NCBI GenBank assembly: GCA_026770705.1
Contig: JANJGN010000002.1
Coordinates: forward strand, 222,580,001 to 222,644,000
DNA length: 64,000 nucleotides
Source of the DNA: Isurus oxyrinchus
Taxonomy: Eukaryota
Reading direction: 5' to 3'
In this document: positions 36,715 through 48,259 of the stretch, piece by piece
Layout of the letters: each line of letters begins with the position of its first letter
Numbering within the stretch: the first letter of the stretch is position 1
Notes under the pieces: generated by a model
The model's input: only the letters and a program-made list of their open reading frames with translations
What the model was told of the DNA's origin: nothing
Databases searched by the model: none
Position numbers and translations under genes: made by a program

Positions 36715-38300
36715 ATAGCTCTTGCCTCTGTATCATGAAGTTGTGAGTTCAAGTCCCAAGTATGAATGAATAAATTGACACTCTGCTGCACTAGTGAGAG
36801 AATGCTGCATTGTCAGGTGTGCTGCTAAAGATTGAGATATTAAAATGTGGCCCAGTTTGCCCTTTCAGTTGGATGCAAAAGATCCGGTAGCAATAATTTG
36901 AAGAAGACCAGGGAGTTCTCTCTGGTCAATATTTACTCCTCACCCAACAGTACCGTAGCAAGTCATTAACACATTCTTTCAATGTAGTTAACTGTATTCA
37001 CCGCTCATGATATTGTCCACTGGGGAGATCAAAGATAGTTTCAATGATCATTTTACAGAGCACCTTTTTTCAGTCCACACATGTGACCCTGAGCTCTCTG
37101 TCACCTGTCATTTTAATTCTCTGCCCACTCCTTAACCTCTTACACTGTGTTAATGAACTTCAACATAAGCTGGAGGAACAGCACAGCATCTCTCAAGTAG
37201 GAATTTTACAGCCTTCCAGACTCAACATTGAGTCAACAGTTTGTAATATGCCACCCAAGTCCTTCCACCCACCCCCTATGTGCCCTCATGCCCCCAGTGC
37301 CCAACTCTGCCCTTCTACCTATCCATATGTCCGGTCTTGGCTGAGAGCCCAGTCAGCTATTAGGATACTAGAACAGCTTCTTCCTTGAAGAAACATTGTT
37401 TGATCGACAGCTCAGGTTCTCTGGTCCCTGTGGTCAATTTCACAATGTTTGTTGATTTAAGCTAAGTGGTTTCAAGGGTTTGTGGTTTGCTGTTTTCGAA
37501 ACTTCAAGCATAGGAAAAAGTTAGCAATGGATCACATTTTTTCAAAGCTATTTTTTGATACATGCCACTATACACCATGGAGTTCATTAGTTCTAGAAAG
37601 GGTACAATGGTTCAATGGGCATGGAAGTGCCAGAGCTTGGCATGGGGGTCTTGAGGTGACATAGGGATGGTCAGAAGGGTGGAGCTTGGCATAAGGGACA
37701 GGAGGAGACATAGGAGTGGGTGGGGGCATGAATTGGCATGGGTGCGGCACAGGGCATGTTTAGAGGGGTGAGGCCTGGAGGGCGTTTGTGTTTATTCTCA
37801 CTCGGACAAAGTCCGACTGCACTGGGGCAAGACTTTTAAACAGGCCGCCTCAGCACCCAACAGTCCCTGTGTTTGCCTCTGCACTTCTCCCCAGGTTGGA
37901 TGCCCCGACTCCAGCTTTCAGACAGCGACCGCCCCACCACCCCCCCACCCCCCCAATCCCCCCCAAGCAATGAAGACCCTGCCTTTTTGGGAACTTTCTC
38001 CCGAGGCAATGGGCTGAGCTGGGCATTTTCCTGATGTCCCCCTACGACCCTCGAGGATGATAATCCAGGCCTTTGCCTTTATCACCACAGATGCTGTCTG
38101 GCCTACTGAGCATTCCAAGAATTTTCTGTTATTTCATTATCACGTTGCTGCTTGTAGGGCCCTGCTGTGTGTAAATTGGCTGCTTCCCTTCCTGTATTAC
38201 AGCGGTTACTACATATCCAAGGTGCCTCATTGGCTGCAATGTGCTTTGACAAATGCCCTGAGGCTGTGAAATACACTTAATGAATGCAAGTCTTTCTTTC
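36715..38300 (+). mobile_element. Nested stack: DeuSINE (36715-36955, 38135-38300) > decayed Penelope GIY-YIG/3' end (~36985-37240, 38075-38135) > Harbinger-derived piece (~37245-38071)
   Basis: tRNA-like head gttgtgagttcaagtccc. Peptide NELQHKLEEQH..VGILQPSRLNIE matches the Penelope C-terminus. Terminus gataatccaggcc at 38071. SINE tail tgtgtaaattggctgc..aatgcaagtctttc. Confidence 0.7.
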
Positions 38301-39838
38301 CTTTGGAAAAGGGAGAGTAAAATTGAGGAAAGAAAAAAACATTCAAAAGTTTACTACAAAGTGCATTGTCGCAAGCTAAATTTCTTCAACTAATTGTTCA
38401 TGGAAAACATTTTGCCAATGGAACTCACAACTTTGTGCTTGTTTAGGATGCCCTGTCGTCTTTGTGCCTGGTATGCTGACTTTGCAAAGTAGTCAATTAT
38501 ATTATGAACTTCTTTAGCAGCACTGCCCTAAGCAGTTGCAAGACAGATCAGCAAAGCTAAGGTATTATTTGATTAGTTCACAGATGAAATGAATTCTCCA
38601 GCAGAGTTCTGGTGAACAGTGCATCAATGCTACACATCAATATTATCCAACATTTTGCTGCAGGTTAAATGAACCATATCATTAATGTTCCTCAAGATAC
38701 ATGGCCACAATGTTAAGCTGACCCTCTCCTTATTTTCCCATACTTAATCCTCGTATCATGTGTTTGAATTCCTCAGCATTTTGTTTTGCAGCTGGCTATA
38801 AAGCTATATTTATAATGTTTTATATGAAGGATTATCTGTCACTGATATGCCTGTAGCTTTTCTTTCCATTTTGAAAGAACCTTCATTGCCCATATAATAT
38901 CCAAACACATGGAGAATGCCAACATGATGGGTTGCAAGTGTATCTGATGATAGATAGCGCAATAGTTTGAGAGAGTCGTTCAGTGAGGAATCATGTTTTA
39001 AACAGGTTCTTATGTTTATGTTCTCTGTAAGGGAGAGTAAACAATTTTTGATTACAAGAGAAAAGCCTTGCTTTCTGTTTTGACTTAAAAATTATCGTAT
39101 GAATATGGGCTAGGGAGATGGTGCCATTTGCTATGCAATGGATGGTAAGACACTAGATTTGTGCCTTTGGTTCATGTCATTCAGTAGTTCCTCAATCTTT
39201 AGCCATACGATTAAGAGGGTACAGAAAGGCCAGGCTCTTCCACTACACTTGCAATCAACCCACAGATAAAATGACTTCTCCAGTAGTGTTCTGGTGAACA
39301 GAGCATTAAATCATGGGGAATATAATTGAAAGTGAATTACCTGACCATATTACTACCCATACAAACAGGGGTACAAACAGATGGTGAGCTTGGGAACACA
39401 TCAACTCTCATATGGGTGTACTAATTGCTGACAGCCAGATGACCACCGCCCCCCCCACCCTCCCCACCCCCCTTTACCTGACTACTCTCTCCTGTCAGCA
39501 TGACTAAGATTAAGGAACCCTTGTTTGCACTGTATGGGCAGAATCTTCCATTCTGAAGTCTAAGTTTGGTGGCGGGACTGGAAGTCGGAGTGATTTTCGC
39601 TCGTGTGTGGGACAGCTGAACACGAGTGATGTTGTGCCATTCAGCTCAGTCCTTAAGCATCAGTGCGCAGCGCAGCGAATCTCGTGGCAGAGCAGGCAGG
39701 AAGTTGCCCTCCCCACCATTGCTTCGCGGGGTCAAAAATCCGAGCACCATATGTAAAGGGCACTTGGACGGCCATTCAGTCACTGCAGGCCAGGAGCTCC
39801 AGATTACTCAAATGTCAGAATACATACCATACTTCAGG

Positions 39839-41530
39839 ATGTCACAGGAGCGCAAAAACAGCACGTGGTCTCATGGTTCGGCAATGCCTCCCTGGACCCG
39901 CTCCTCCAGGTCATCCAGGAAGGGTGGGAGGTGCTGTTCCCTCTGGATGACAGCAGGAGGCCCACCAATCTGGCCACTGTGGCCAGGACAGGAGTCGCAG
40001 TGGAAGTTAGCACCCATGGGGCCCAGCAGTACAAAAAGACGATGAATGCTCTGCTGCGCTCTGCCAGGGTAAGTGCACCATCTACTCACTGCAAACTGAC
40101 ACTCATAAGGGCATCAGGCGGTCTCGGTGTGCAAGTGCACAGGGATGTCAGACAGGAGCTTGGGCTGCAGCCCTCACCAGCAAATGGGACATCTGCACTG
40201 AATGTGTGTCAGCCACGCTTTCAAACTGAATCAGTTGCAGGACATCCTGCTTGTTAATCACTTAATGGGGAAGGTTCAGCAACTGCCATAGACATACATG
40301 CTCCTGAACTGCTCATATAACCATTGGGATGACAATCAATCCTTTTGTCTTTCCGCAGGGCAAAGGCGCCCACAACAAGCATGAGCGCTCTCAGACCGGA
40401 AACGGAATTACGGATATCTTTATCGAGGAGCTGCTCACAGAGATAGCTGGGGAGGAGCAGGACTGTACCTGTGCTGAGAGCAAGATAGGACTCCCCCTGG
40501 AAGCCAGTGAGAAAGCCCCCAGTCTGCAGTTGTCAGCTGCACCAACTGAGTGAGAGATTTATTTAATTAAGGAGCCTGCTTAGTCAATCACTAACCTTCC
40601 TTTTCTCCATTCCATGTACCAGCAAGAAATAGGGGAGGCCATCAACCCAGACCAGCCACAGCTTCTGACAGTGACTCCTCAGAATCCTCAAATGATGCAC
40701 TGTCATGGTATTCACTTGCACCCTCCACCAGTGCAGATACACGCACCTCAGTGAGTCCGAGCTCTAGAGTATTGGGTCATAATTTTGTAAGCACATCACA
40801 GACACAGGTCCACAGCTGCGGAGGAGGTGACAGCCAAGCTCTGGCACTTGGAGGACTGCTTGACACCAGGCCCCTGCTGAGCCCCATGCAAATGACGAGC
40901 CTCTGGACTCAGCCATAAACGGGCATGTTGGAAATGCAGAGACAGGCAAAGGAGCATCACACAGGGATACCAGAGGCCATGCACAGACTGAACCAAAGGC
41001 TGGAGGAGTCCTTTTACGTTCTGTCTGATGTCGCGTCTCCGGCATGTGAGCGCTTGGCTGCCCCCAGGGAAAGGGTGGCAGCTACCTCGGAGGACAAGGT
41101 TCAGCAAGGTTCACACAGTGGCTGCTAGATATGCGCTCGGATCTGCACACTGTCATTCTTGACATTGGTGAAGTACAGCAGTGTCTACACGAGAAGGGGA
41201 TGGGGCACATTGATCTCTCCCCAGGTGCTCCTCCTCCTCAAGGAGTCAGAGAGGTGTCATCGGGCACCCACAGGGAGGAGGAATGCCAGCCAAGCACCCT
41301 GGGTCTTTATCCTAGGGCACTGCAGGGGCACCCTGCCACTCCACCTCCCCTCTGCCAGTGGCCCCCTCACCTCCAGTAAGTCAAGCCGAGGAGGATGCAC
41401 CTGCACCTGAGCTGGAGACCCTGGGCCCCCTAGGCCTCAAGCCACTGTAGGGCACCAGCCAAAGTCCTCACAGTCAACAGGGGATAGCAGGCTGCCTCCA
41501 ACTCAGCTGCGGATGTCAGGCCTCACATGG
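39839..41530 (+). pseudogene. Harbinger C Myb/SANT partner gene (3 exons, disrupted)
   Basis: WFGNASLDPLLQVIQEGWEVLFP...QQYKKTMNALLRSAR|gtaagt (donor 40069); acceptor ttccgcag|GKGAHNKHERSQTG (40359); C-terminal MLEMQ..LEES. Confidence 0.8.
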
Positions 41531-41914
41531 AGCTCCTTATCAAGGTGGAGTAGACTTTGCATAAAGGGTTTGCAACCAAAGTGCACCAGACATCATTGAA
41601 GGACTGGGGTTTTAGTGCATAAGGAGAGAGAATAGAATGGGCCTGTGTGGGTAAAATCACAATTCTACTTGTATATGTCCAAGGTCACGGGAAAAGGGAG
41701 TGCTGTGCAGGTTCTAATCCCAGGGCTCTACATATTAGCATAGTTTGGCACATGCAAAGGATCAAAGCACCAGCAGGGCAGATGGTAACTGCTGCAATTT
41801 AATTCACCTTTCATAAATCAAGATAAATGGAAGCAAAGTTTAATGTCTGTAACCAAGAAGGAACTGGGGCCTTCCAGCCAACAGAGGATAGATAGATAGC
41901 CAAAAAGTGAAAGA

Positions 41915-43200
41915 AATGTGTTGGCAGCTCCCTCTGCCTGGAATCTGATAGCTATAAGATCGGCGCAGGCCTGTCTGCCACTTCATAGTCCTGCTACTGC
42001 CTCTGCATGTGGCTCGGTGACAGCCTGGCCTTCATCAGCTCCATCCCTTTCACTGTCCTCATCATCAGGAGAGACACCTCAGTCCTCCATGTCTCCCTCA
42101 GGCAAGAGATCCCCCCTTTATAGTGCAAGATTGTGCAGCAAATAACAATCATCTGTGACACTCTGTGGTGAGTATTACAGAGTCCCGCCAGAGCAGTCCA
42201 AACATCTGAACCTCATCTTTAGGAGGCCTATCATCTGCTCAATCATGGACCTGGCAGAGGCATGTGCATCATTGTAACTCTCCTCCACAGCACTCTGTGG
42301 ACAGTGAACTGGGGTCATCAGCCAGGTCTTCTGAGGGTGTCCATTGTCCGCAAGGAGACAGCCTCACAATCGTTGAGTTCTTTCAAAAACCTGTGGCCCC
42401 TGGGAGTGGGTCAGAATGTAGGTGTCATGAGAGTTCCCTGGGCACTGAGCACAAACATGCAGCATTTGCCTTCTGCAGTCACATATCAGCTGTACGTTCA
42501 AAGAGTGGAATCCTTTTCTGTTGATGAATGTGATAGCCGTTACCAGGGAGATCTCAGGGCCACATGTTTGCAGTCAAGAGCACCCTACATTTGCGGGAAA
42601 TCCAAGATTGCTGCAAATCGGACCACTCTTGCAACCTGGCTTTCAGGATCCAGAGGGTATTGGGCAAATTGGTGCGCTCCCCTGAACAGGGTTTCTGTCA
42701 TCTCCCATATACACTTATGTGACACTGACTAGGAATTGCTGCACAAGTCTAGGTGAAGCCCTGGAAAGAGCCATTAGTAAAGAAGTTTAGGGTGATAGTG
42801 ACCTTCAATGTTGCCGACATGGGATTCCCTCCAAGTCCTTAGAGCTGAGGGCCGTCATGGAGAAGCTGGCAGATGCAAGCAAACACATTCCAGGACATTT
42901 AAAGGCATATTCCGCATTGTCTTTAGCTCATTTGTAGACAGATGCCCTCCCTGTGATGCACTTGCAATTGGGACCAATGCTTGCCATTGCCATGGACCTT
43001 GTTCACCAGCATCCTGACTTTCTTGAGGCTCTGCTGTCTCCTGGTGCTCAGGATTGCTGCTGCTCCTGGCCCTGTGCTAACCTGCAACAGGCCCACCTTC
43101 TCCCCATCTGGATGAGAGCCAGTAGAAAGGCAGGGTTGCCTGGAACCTGCTTCATCTACTCCTCAGTGGATCTGTGAATGAATTAAGTAATAAATCTAGT
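41915..43200 (-). pseudogene. Harbinger C HARBI1-like DDE transposase (stops/frameshifts)
   Basis: Minus strand GFPQM*GALDCKHVALR, FINRKGFHSLNVQLICD, CPGNSHDTYIL, LLADNGHP, EQMIGLLKMRFRCLDCSGGTL*YSP. Confidence 0.9.
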
Positions 43201-43919
43201 GAGCATATTCTTTACAGGTTTGCCTCCATCTCAAAGCCATAAGCCAATGCTAAGCCCTGTGTCCGGCCTTGGTCTAGACATGGCATCCCTACCCCACCCC
43301 TTCCAGGTGAAGGACATCCTGGAGGACCAGAGATGGGTGTTTCTCTCACTCATACATGACTTTACAAGGAGACATTGCTCTTTGACCAGGGTTATAAGAA
43401 CTCCGTGCGAGAAGCTGACACGATTCAGCTTGCCTCCATTAACCTCGAGATTCCATGGAGATACCATCGCCTTGGAAGCATAAAAAGACTAACCACAGGA
43501 GCCCTTGTCAGGCTTGACATTCACCCGAGAGGATGGAGGTTTGGAGTCGAGGTTTGGCTGCTGTCGATCAGCTGTGCCCCTTGGAGGCATCCACTTCCCT
43601 CCCTCCCTTTATCTCTGCCTCTGACAGCAGCAGCTGGGAAATGGCACAGAATGAACAGCAGCTCTGCACTTTGCTGGGATCTCGATGTTATGAGACCCAT
43701 GAGTCAGGAACCTGCTGCCCTGTGGGCTTCTCCATAGAAAGGGTACAACTGAACATGGTTCTCATCCAGTTGCCTCAGGATTAGTAGGTTATCCCTTTAT
43801 TCAGCTAGTTATACTGACCCCAAACTCCACCCACCTGCAAAGACCCTCCTTGCACTCTGAGGGATCGCAAGACTGACTGTGTTCTCCAGATCAGATTAAC
43901 AAAATGGTGCGCGTCACCT

Positions 43920-44860
43920 CTCAAACTCCCTCCCCATCACCCAACTTCCCCCAATCAACTTTGATCCTCTCGATGTCACCATCCGTCTCCCCTCTACCAC
44001 TCTTGAACCTCCTGCCATTAACCTGGACCCTATTACCAACTACCTCCACATATCTTCCCTTCCCCCAGAGCCAATACCTGTTACAGACCTATACCACCCT
44101 GACACTGACCCCTCCCATTATCCGAACCACCCATGTAGTCCAGTTCCATGACCCCACCCCGCCATGAAACCTTCAGCTATCCGACCATCATCCTGGACCT
44201 ACCACCCTACCAGATTCCACTCCCGCCTCTGACTATTGCTGTTCCCTCCTCTGCCCAGTGCCTTCAGTTCAACCCTCAGGTCCCACCGTCGACAGCACTG
44301 ACTCTCTAGGACTTGCTTTCTCCAACCATCCTTGCCCGTAAACCCCCCTCAACGAGCCAGATACAGGACCCTCAGACCCAACAATATAGGCCCTTCTCTC
44401 CATCCAACATCACAGCATCCTCGCATTATATCGCTACCTCTCCCCTTTTCCCTGGACACTCCCTCCCTTACCCCAGTCAGTCATCACCCTGCCTCCTATT
44501 CCCCGAATGCTTCCTCCCCTTCCCTGGAATGTCTCTCCACCTTCCCCAGATACTCACCCACTTCCCTGGACAGCCTTTTGCCCCCTTTCCCTGGACACTC
44601 CTCCACTCTTTCACTGTCAGTCCCACCCCCTTCCCCGGACAGTCACCCCCCCGCCTCCCATTCCCTGAATTGTCTTGCTGCCTTCTCCGGACACTCCCCC
44701 ACTTTCCTTGTCAGCCCCACCCCCTTCCCCGGACAATTTCCCCCCTCTTCACCCTTTGCCTGCAACCCGAGTCCAGCCTTTGCTCGACCCTTCCTTCACT
44801 TCCACACTTTATCTGCCTCCCGTTTCCAGCCTTTGCACAGGTTTTGCTACCCCTCCTGAC
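43920..44860. repeat. C/T-rich subterminal low-complexity tract with degenerate (cccttccctggacactcc)-like units inside Harbinger C
   Basis: Repeated ttccctggaca / ttccccggaca motifs between 44445 and 44735. Confidence 0.7.
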
Positions 44861-46069
44861 ATGAACCAAGTTCTGAGCGGCCCCCAGGAAGGTGAAAGCG
44901 GTGTCTACTGACCTCAACGTCATAGAAGATATGAAGCCTGCCGGATTCATGCCACTTACATACAGTTGTAAAAGCCAAGGTTGTAATTTCTGACTGGTGG
45001 GGTACTGAATTAGGTGGGGAAACATAATTCCAGCAAGGTGGCCTTTTAGTGGCTTGCTGATGCAGCCAAAAGGGCTCCTCAGCATTGTTTGTTGGGAAGA
45101 TCCACCTGGCTTTAAAGCCCTTAAAATAGAATTCCTAAGGTCCATCCTGATTTCGGGAAACTGATTTTTGGCCTCACGCCAAATTAGATTCCCCTGCCTG
45201 CCAAACTTCCTGCTACCGGTGGGACAAGAAGATACTGCCCAATGAAGTGCTGTAACCTGCAATGGCACAGATCGGGCGCTGGAAGGTGGGACTGGAATGG
45301 GTGGCCAGATTTCTTTACAGCTGGCACAGACATGATGCACTGAGTGGCTTCTTTCCGTGCCGTAACTTTTCTGATTCTTTGCTTCTATGGTTCTATGCTT
45401 CTATGCTTCTCAGAAGATGTGAAATAGATTGGCGCACATGCATCATGTCTACAGAAAGAAACGCCTCACACATGCAATTGTGCATTCGATTCACAGATTG
45501 TGCAAGTATCAGTCACAAACAAGTCGGTGTCCTACTCTACTGAGTTCTGTTGTGTTTTGCACCTCTATCTCATTCTTCCACTCTGCTCACCATTGCGATG
45601 CGTGGGAACTGTCTGCATTCCATTTCCTGTCTGGTTGCTGGAGGGGGAGTCTTCAGAAGCCTGTGGCTGAGTTTGCAGCTGCATACCTTGAACTGTGTAC
45701 TGTATGTGACATAAGCTTTGAACAGGATCGAAATCTAGCAGAATCTTTCCTTTTCTCACAGACTAGTACATATGACACTCCCAGCAAAAACAGTGGAGGC
45801 TGGGTGGATTAATTCCTTCAACAAAGCAGCTGGATAAATATCTGGTTGGAAATGAAATTGATGGTTATAAGAATAGGCATAAATTGAGTTGTCAATTATT
45901 GCGTGAGGCACAATGCTTCCTGCACTTCTGGGCAAGGCAAGAATGTTGTATGGAGAACAGGAAATCAGGGTTGGATGATGGGGGACTGAGAAAAGATGAA
46001 TATTCTGAAGTTTTTCTGATTTGAAGTTTTTCTGATTTGTAAGTCCATCTTTCAATCCCTAAAATCAGA

Positions 46070-46510
46070 TTTCTGCTCCTGACACGGCTCTTATCAGGGT
46101 AACAAATTGCATCCTATGCAACTGTGACAGATCATTCACCCTCATTCACCTTGACCCGTCTGTAACCTTTGCCATGATTAGCAACGCCACCCTCATCCAA
46201 TGCCTCTCCATAGCCACCCAACACTTGCTGGGACTGCATTCACCTGGTTCCATTTTATCTATTTAATTGTAGCCAGAGTATCAGCTACAACAGTTTCTCT
46301 TCCCACCTTTGCATTGTTATTGCCGGTGTCTCTAATGGTTCCATCCTTGACCCTCTCTATTTCTCATCCACATGCTTGCCTTGGTGACCTTATCAAAAAA
46401 ACATGCCATTTTCTACATGTATACTGATGAAACCCATTTCAACGTCACTACCACCTCTCTAAACTCCTCCGCTGCTTCTCCATTGTCAGAGGGCTCACTC
46501 GGTATCCTTC
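46070..46510 (+). mobile_element. L2 LINE RT fragment
   Basis: gacacggctcttatcagggtaacaaat (..TALIRVTN), cttgacccgtctgtaacctttg, ttctacatgtatactgatga (..YxDD-like); degraded. Confidence 0.65.
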
Positions 46511-46519
46511 ACTTTACAT

Positions 46520-48140
46520 TGCCTCTCCTCATTCTTCCAATCAAAATGTTTTGCATTTCTCTGCATTAATTTCAACTGCTACGTGCCTGCCCATATCACC
46601 AGCCTGCCTGTATGTCCATTTGAAGTCTATTACAATCCACTTCACTGTTTGCTATCCTTCCAAGGTTTATGTCATCTGCAAATTTTGTAATTGCGCCCTT
46701 GACACCCTGAACACATAAGTCAAGGTCATCAACATATATCAAGAAAAGCAGGCCAACCCCTGGGGAACGCCACTATACCTTGCTCCAGTCTGAAAAATAA
46801 ATGTTCACCACTACTCCATTTCCTGTCACTTAGGCAAATTTGGATCCATGCTGCCATTGTCCCTTTTATTTCATGGGTTTCATCTTTGCCGGCAAGACTG
46901 TTTTGTGACACTTATTTCAAACATCTTTTGGAAGTTCACATACAATACATCAACTGCAGTGCCTGCATCAACCATTTCTGTTACCTCATCAAAGAACTCA
47001 GTCAAATTAGTTAAACACAATTTGCCTTCAACAAAGTTGTACTTGTTTTCCTTAAATAATCCACATTTATCCCAGTGACTTTTAATTTTGTCCCCGATTA
47101 TCATTTCTAAAAGCCTTCCCACTACTGTGGTTAAATTGGCTGGCCTACAGTTGCTGAGTTTACCTTTACACCCTTTTTTAAACAAGGGTGTAACATTTGC
47201 AATTCTCCTGTCCTCTGGCCCCACCTCCACATCTAAGGGGGATTGGGAGGTTATGGCCAGTGCCTCTGCAATTTCCACCCTCACTGCCCTCAGCATTCTC
47301 GGGCATATCCCATTTAGTTCTTGTGATTTACCAACTTTAAATACAGCCTTTATTTCCAGTACATCCACTTTATCAATTTTTAGCACATTTTGTATCACAT
47401 ATGCCTCCCCTTTCACTATGAATTTAGCAGCATCATCTTTCTTAGTAAAGGTAAGTTCGAAGGACTCACTTAACACCTGAGCCATGCCCTCTTCCTCTAT
47501 AAGTAGGTCTCAATTTCAGTCTCTAATTGGCCCCACGTCCCTGTCCTATTACCCCTTTACTATTTATATGCCTATGGAAGATTTTTGGATTCCTTTTTAG
47601 TTAGCTGCCAGTCTCTTTTCATACTCGCTTTGCCCCTCTTATTTCCTTTTGCACATCTCCTCTGAACTTTCTATGTTCAGCCTGGTCCTCACTTGTATTA
47701 TCAATCTGACATCAGTCATATGCCCCCTTTTTCTGCTTCAACTTATTCCTTATCTTTCTCATCAGCTAGGGAGCTCTGCCTTTATTTTTCCTACCTTTCC
47801 TTCTCACGGGAATGTACCTTAACTAACCATTCCTCTTTAAATGCTCTGAAGAAGAGTTATGTGGACTCAAAACATTAACTCTATTTTTCTCTGTCAGGCC
47901 TGCTGAGTTTTTCCAGCGTTTTCTGTTTTTACCCCTTTAAACACAGATCATTGTTGGCTCACAGTTTTGCCTGCCAACCTTTGACTCCAATTTACCTGGG
48001 ACAGATCTGTTTTCAACCTACTGAAATTGCCCCTCCTCCAAACAGGTATTTTTACTCATGATTGCTCCTTGTTCTTTTCCATAGCTAATCTAAAGCTTAT
48101 GATACAATGATCACTGTTCTCTTACTGATCCCATAGAGGC
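46520..48140 (-). mobile_element. Decayed CR1 LINE (ORF2 central/RT part)
   Basis: ORF 46880-47485: ICPRMLR..EIAEALA..PEDRRIANVTPLFKKG..NCRPANLT..CLTNLTEFF..VDVLYVNFQKMFE. Confidence 0.9.
47842..47931 (+). mobile_element. Penelope pLTR fragment starting at a decayed hammerhead
   Basis: gctCTGAAGAagagttatgtggactcAAAAcattaactct plus tail. Flanks cctctttaaa / cccctttaaa. Confidence 0.75.
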
Positions 48141-48259
48141 ACTGACCCAGCTTTTTTTTATTTGTTCATGGGATGTCAGCATCACTGGCAAGGCCTGCAT
48201 TTATTTCCTATTCCACATTGTCCTTGAGAAAACAACACAGCACATTTTAGTTCTTCAAA

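Larger units (their letters stand above)
39536..45240. mobile_element. Full-span decayed PIF/Harbinger transposon C (5.7 kb)
   Basis: TIRs gggcagaatcttc / gaagatactgccc (13 bp, 1 mismatch); flanks TAT/AAT. Convergent Myb/SANT (+) and transposase (-). Confidence 0.9.

Noticed and set aside
38594-38617. Iron-responsive-element-like loop (cagagt / tagtgt)
   Set aside because: Stem register gives a 7-nt loop and no C-bulge geometry; not an IRE.
44313-44864. 183-aa and 175-aa Pro-rich ORFs
   Set aside because: Result from the stop-poor C/T-rich subterminal tract of Harbinger C.
45429-45812. 127-aa ORF in non-repeat-looking sequence
   Set aside because: No recognisable domain, non-ATG start, no convincing splice context.
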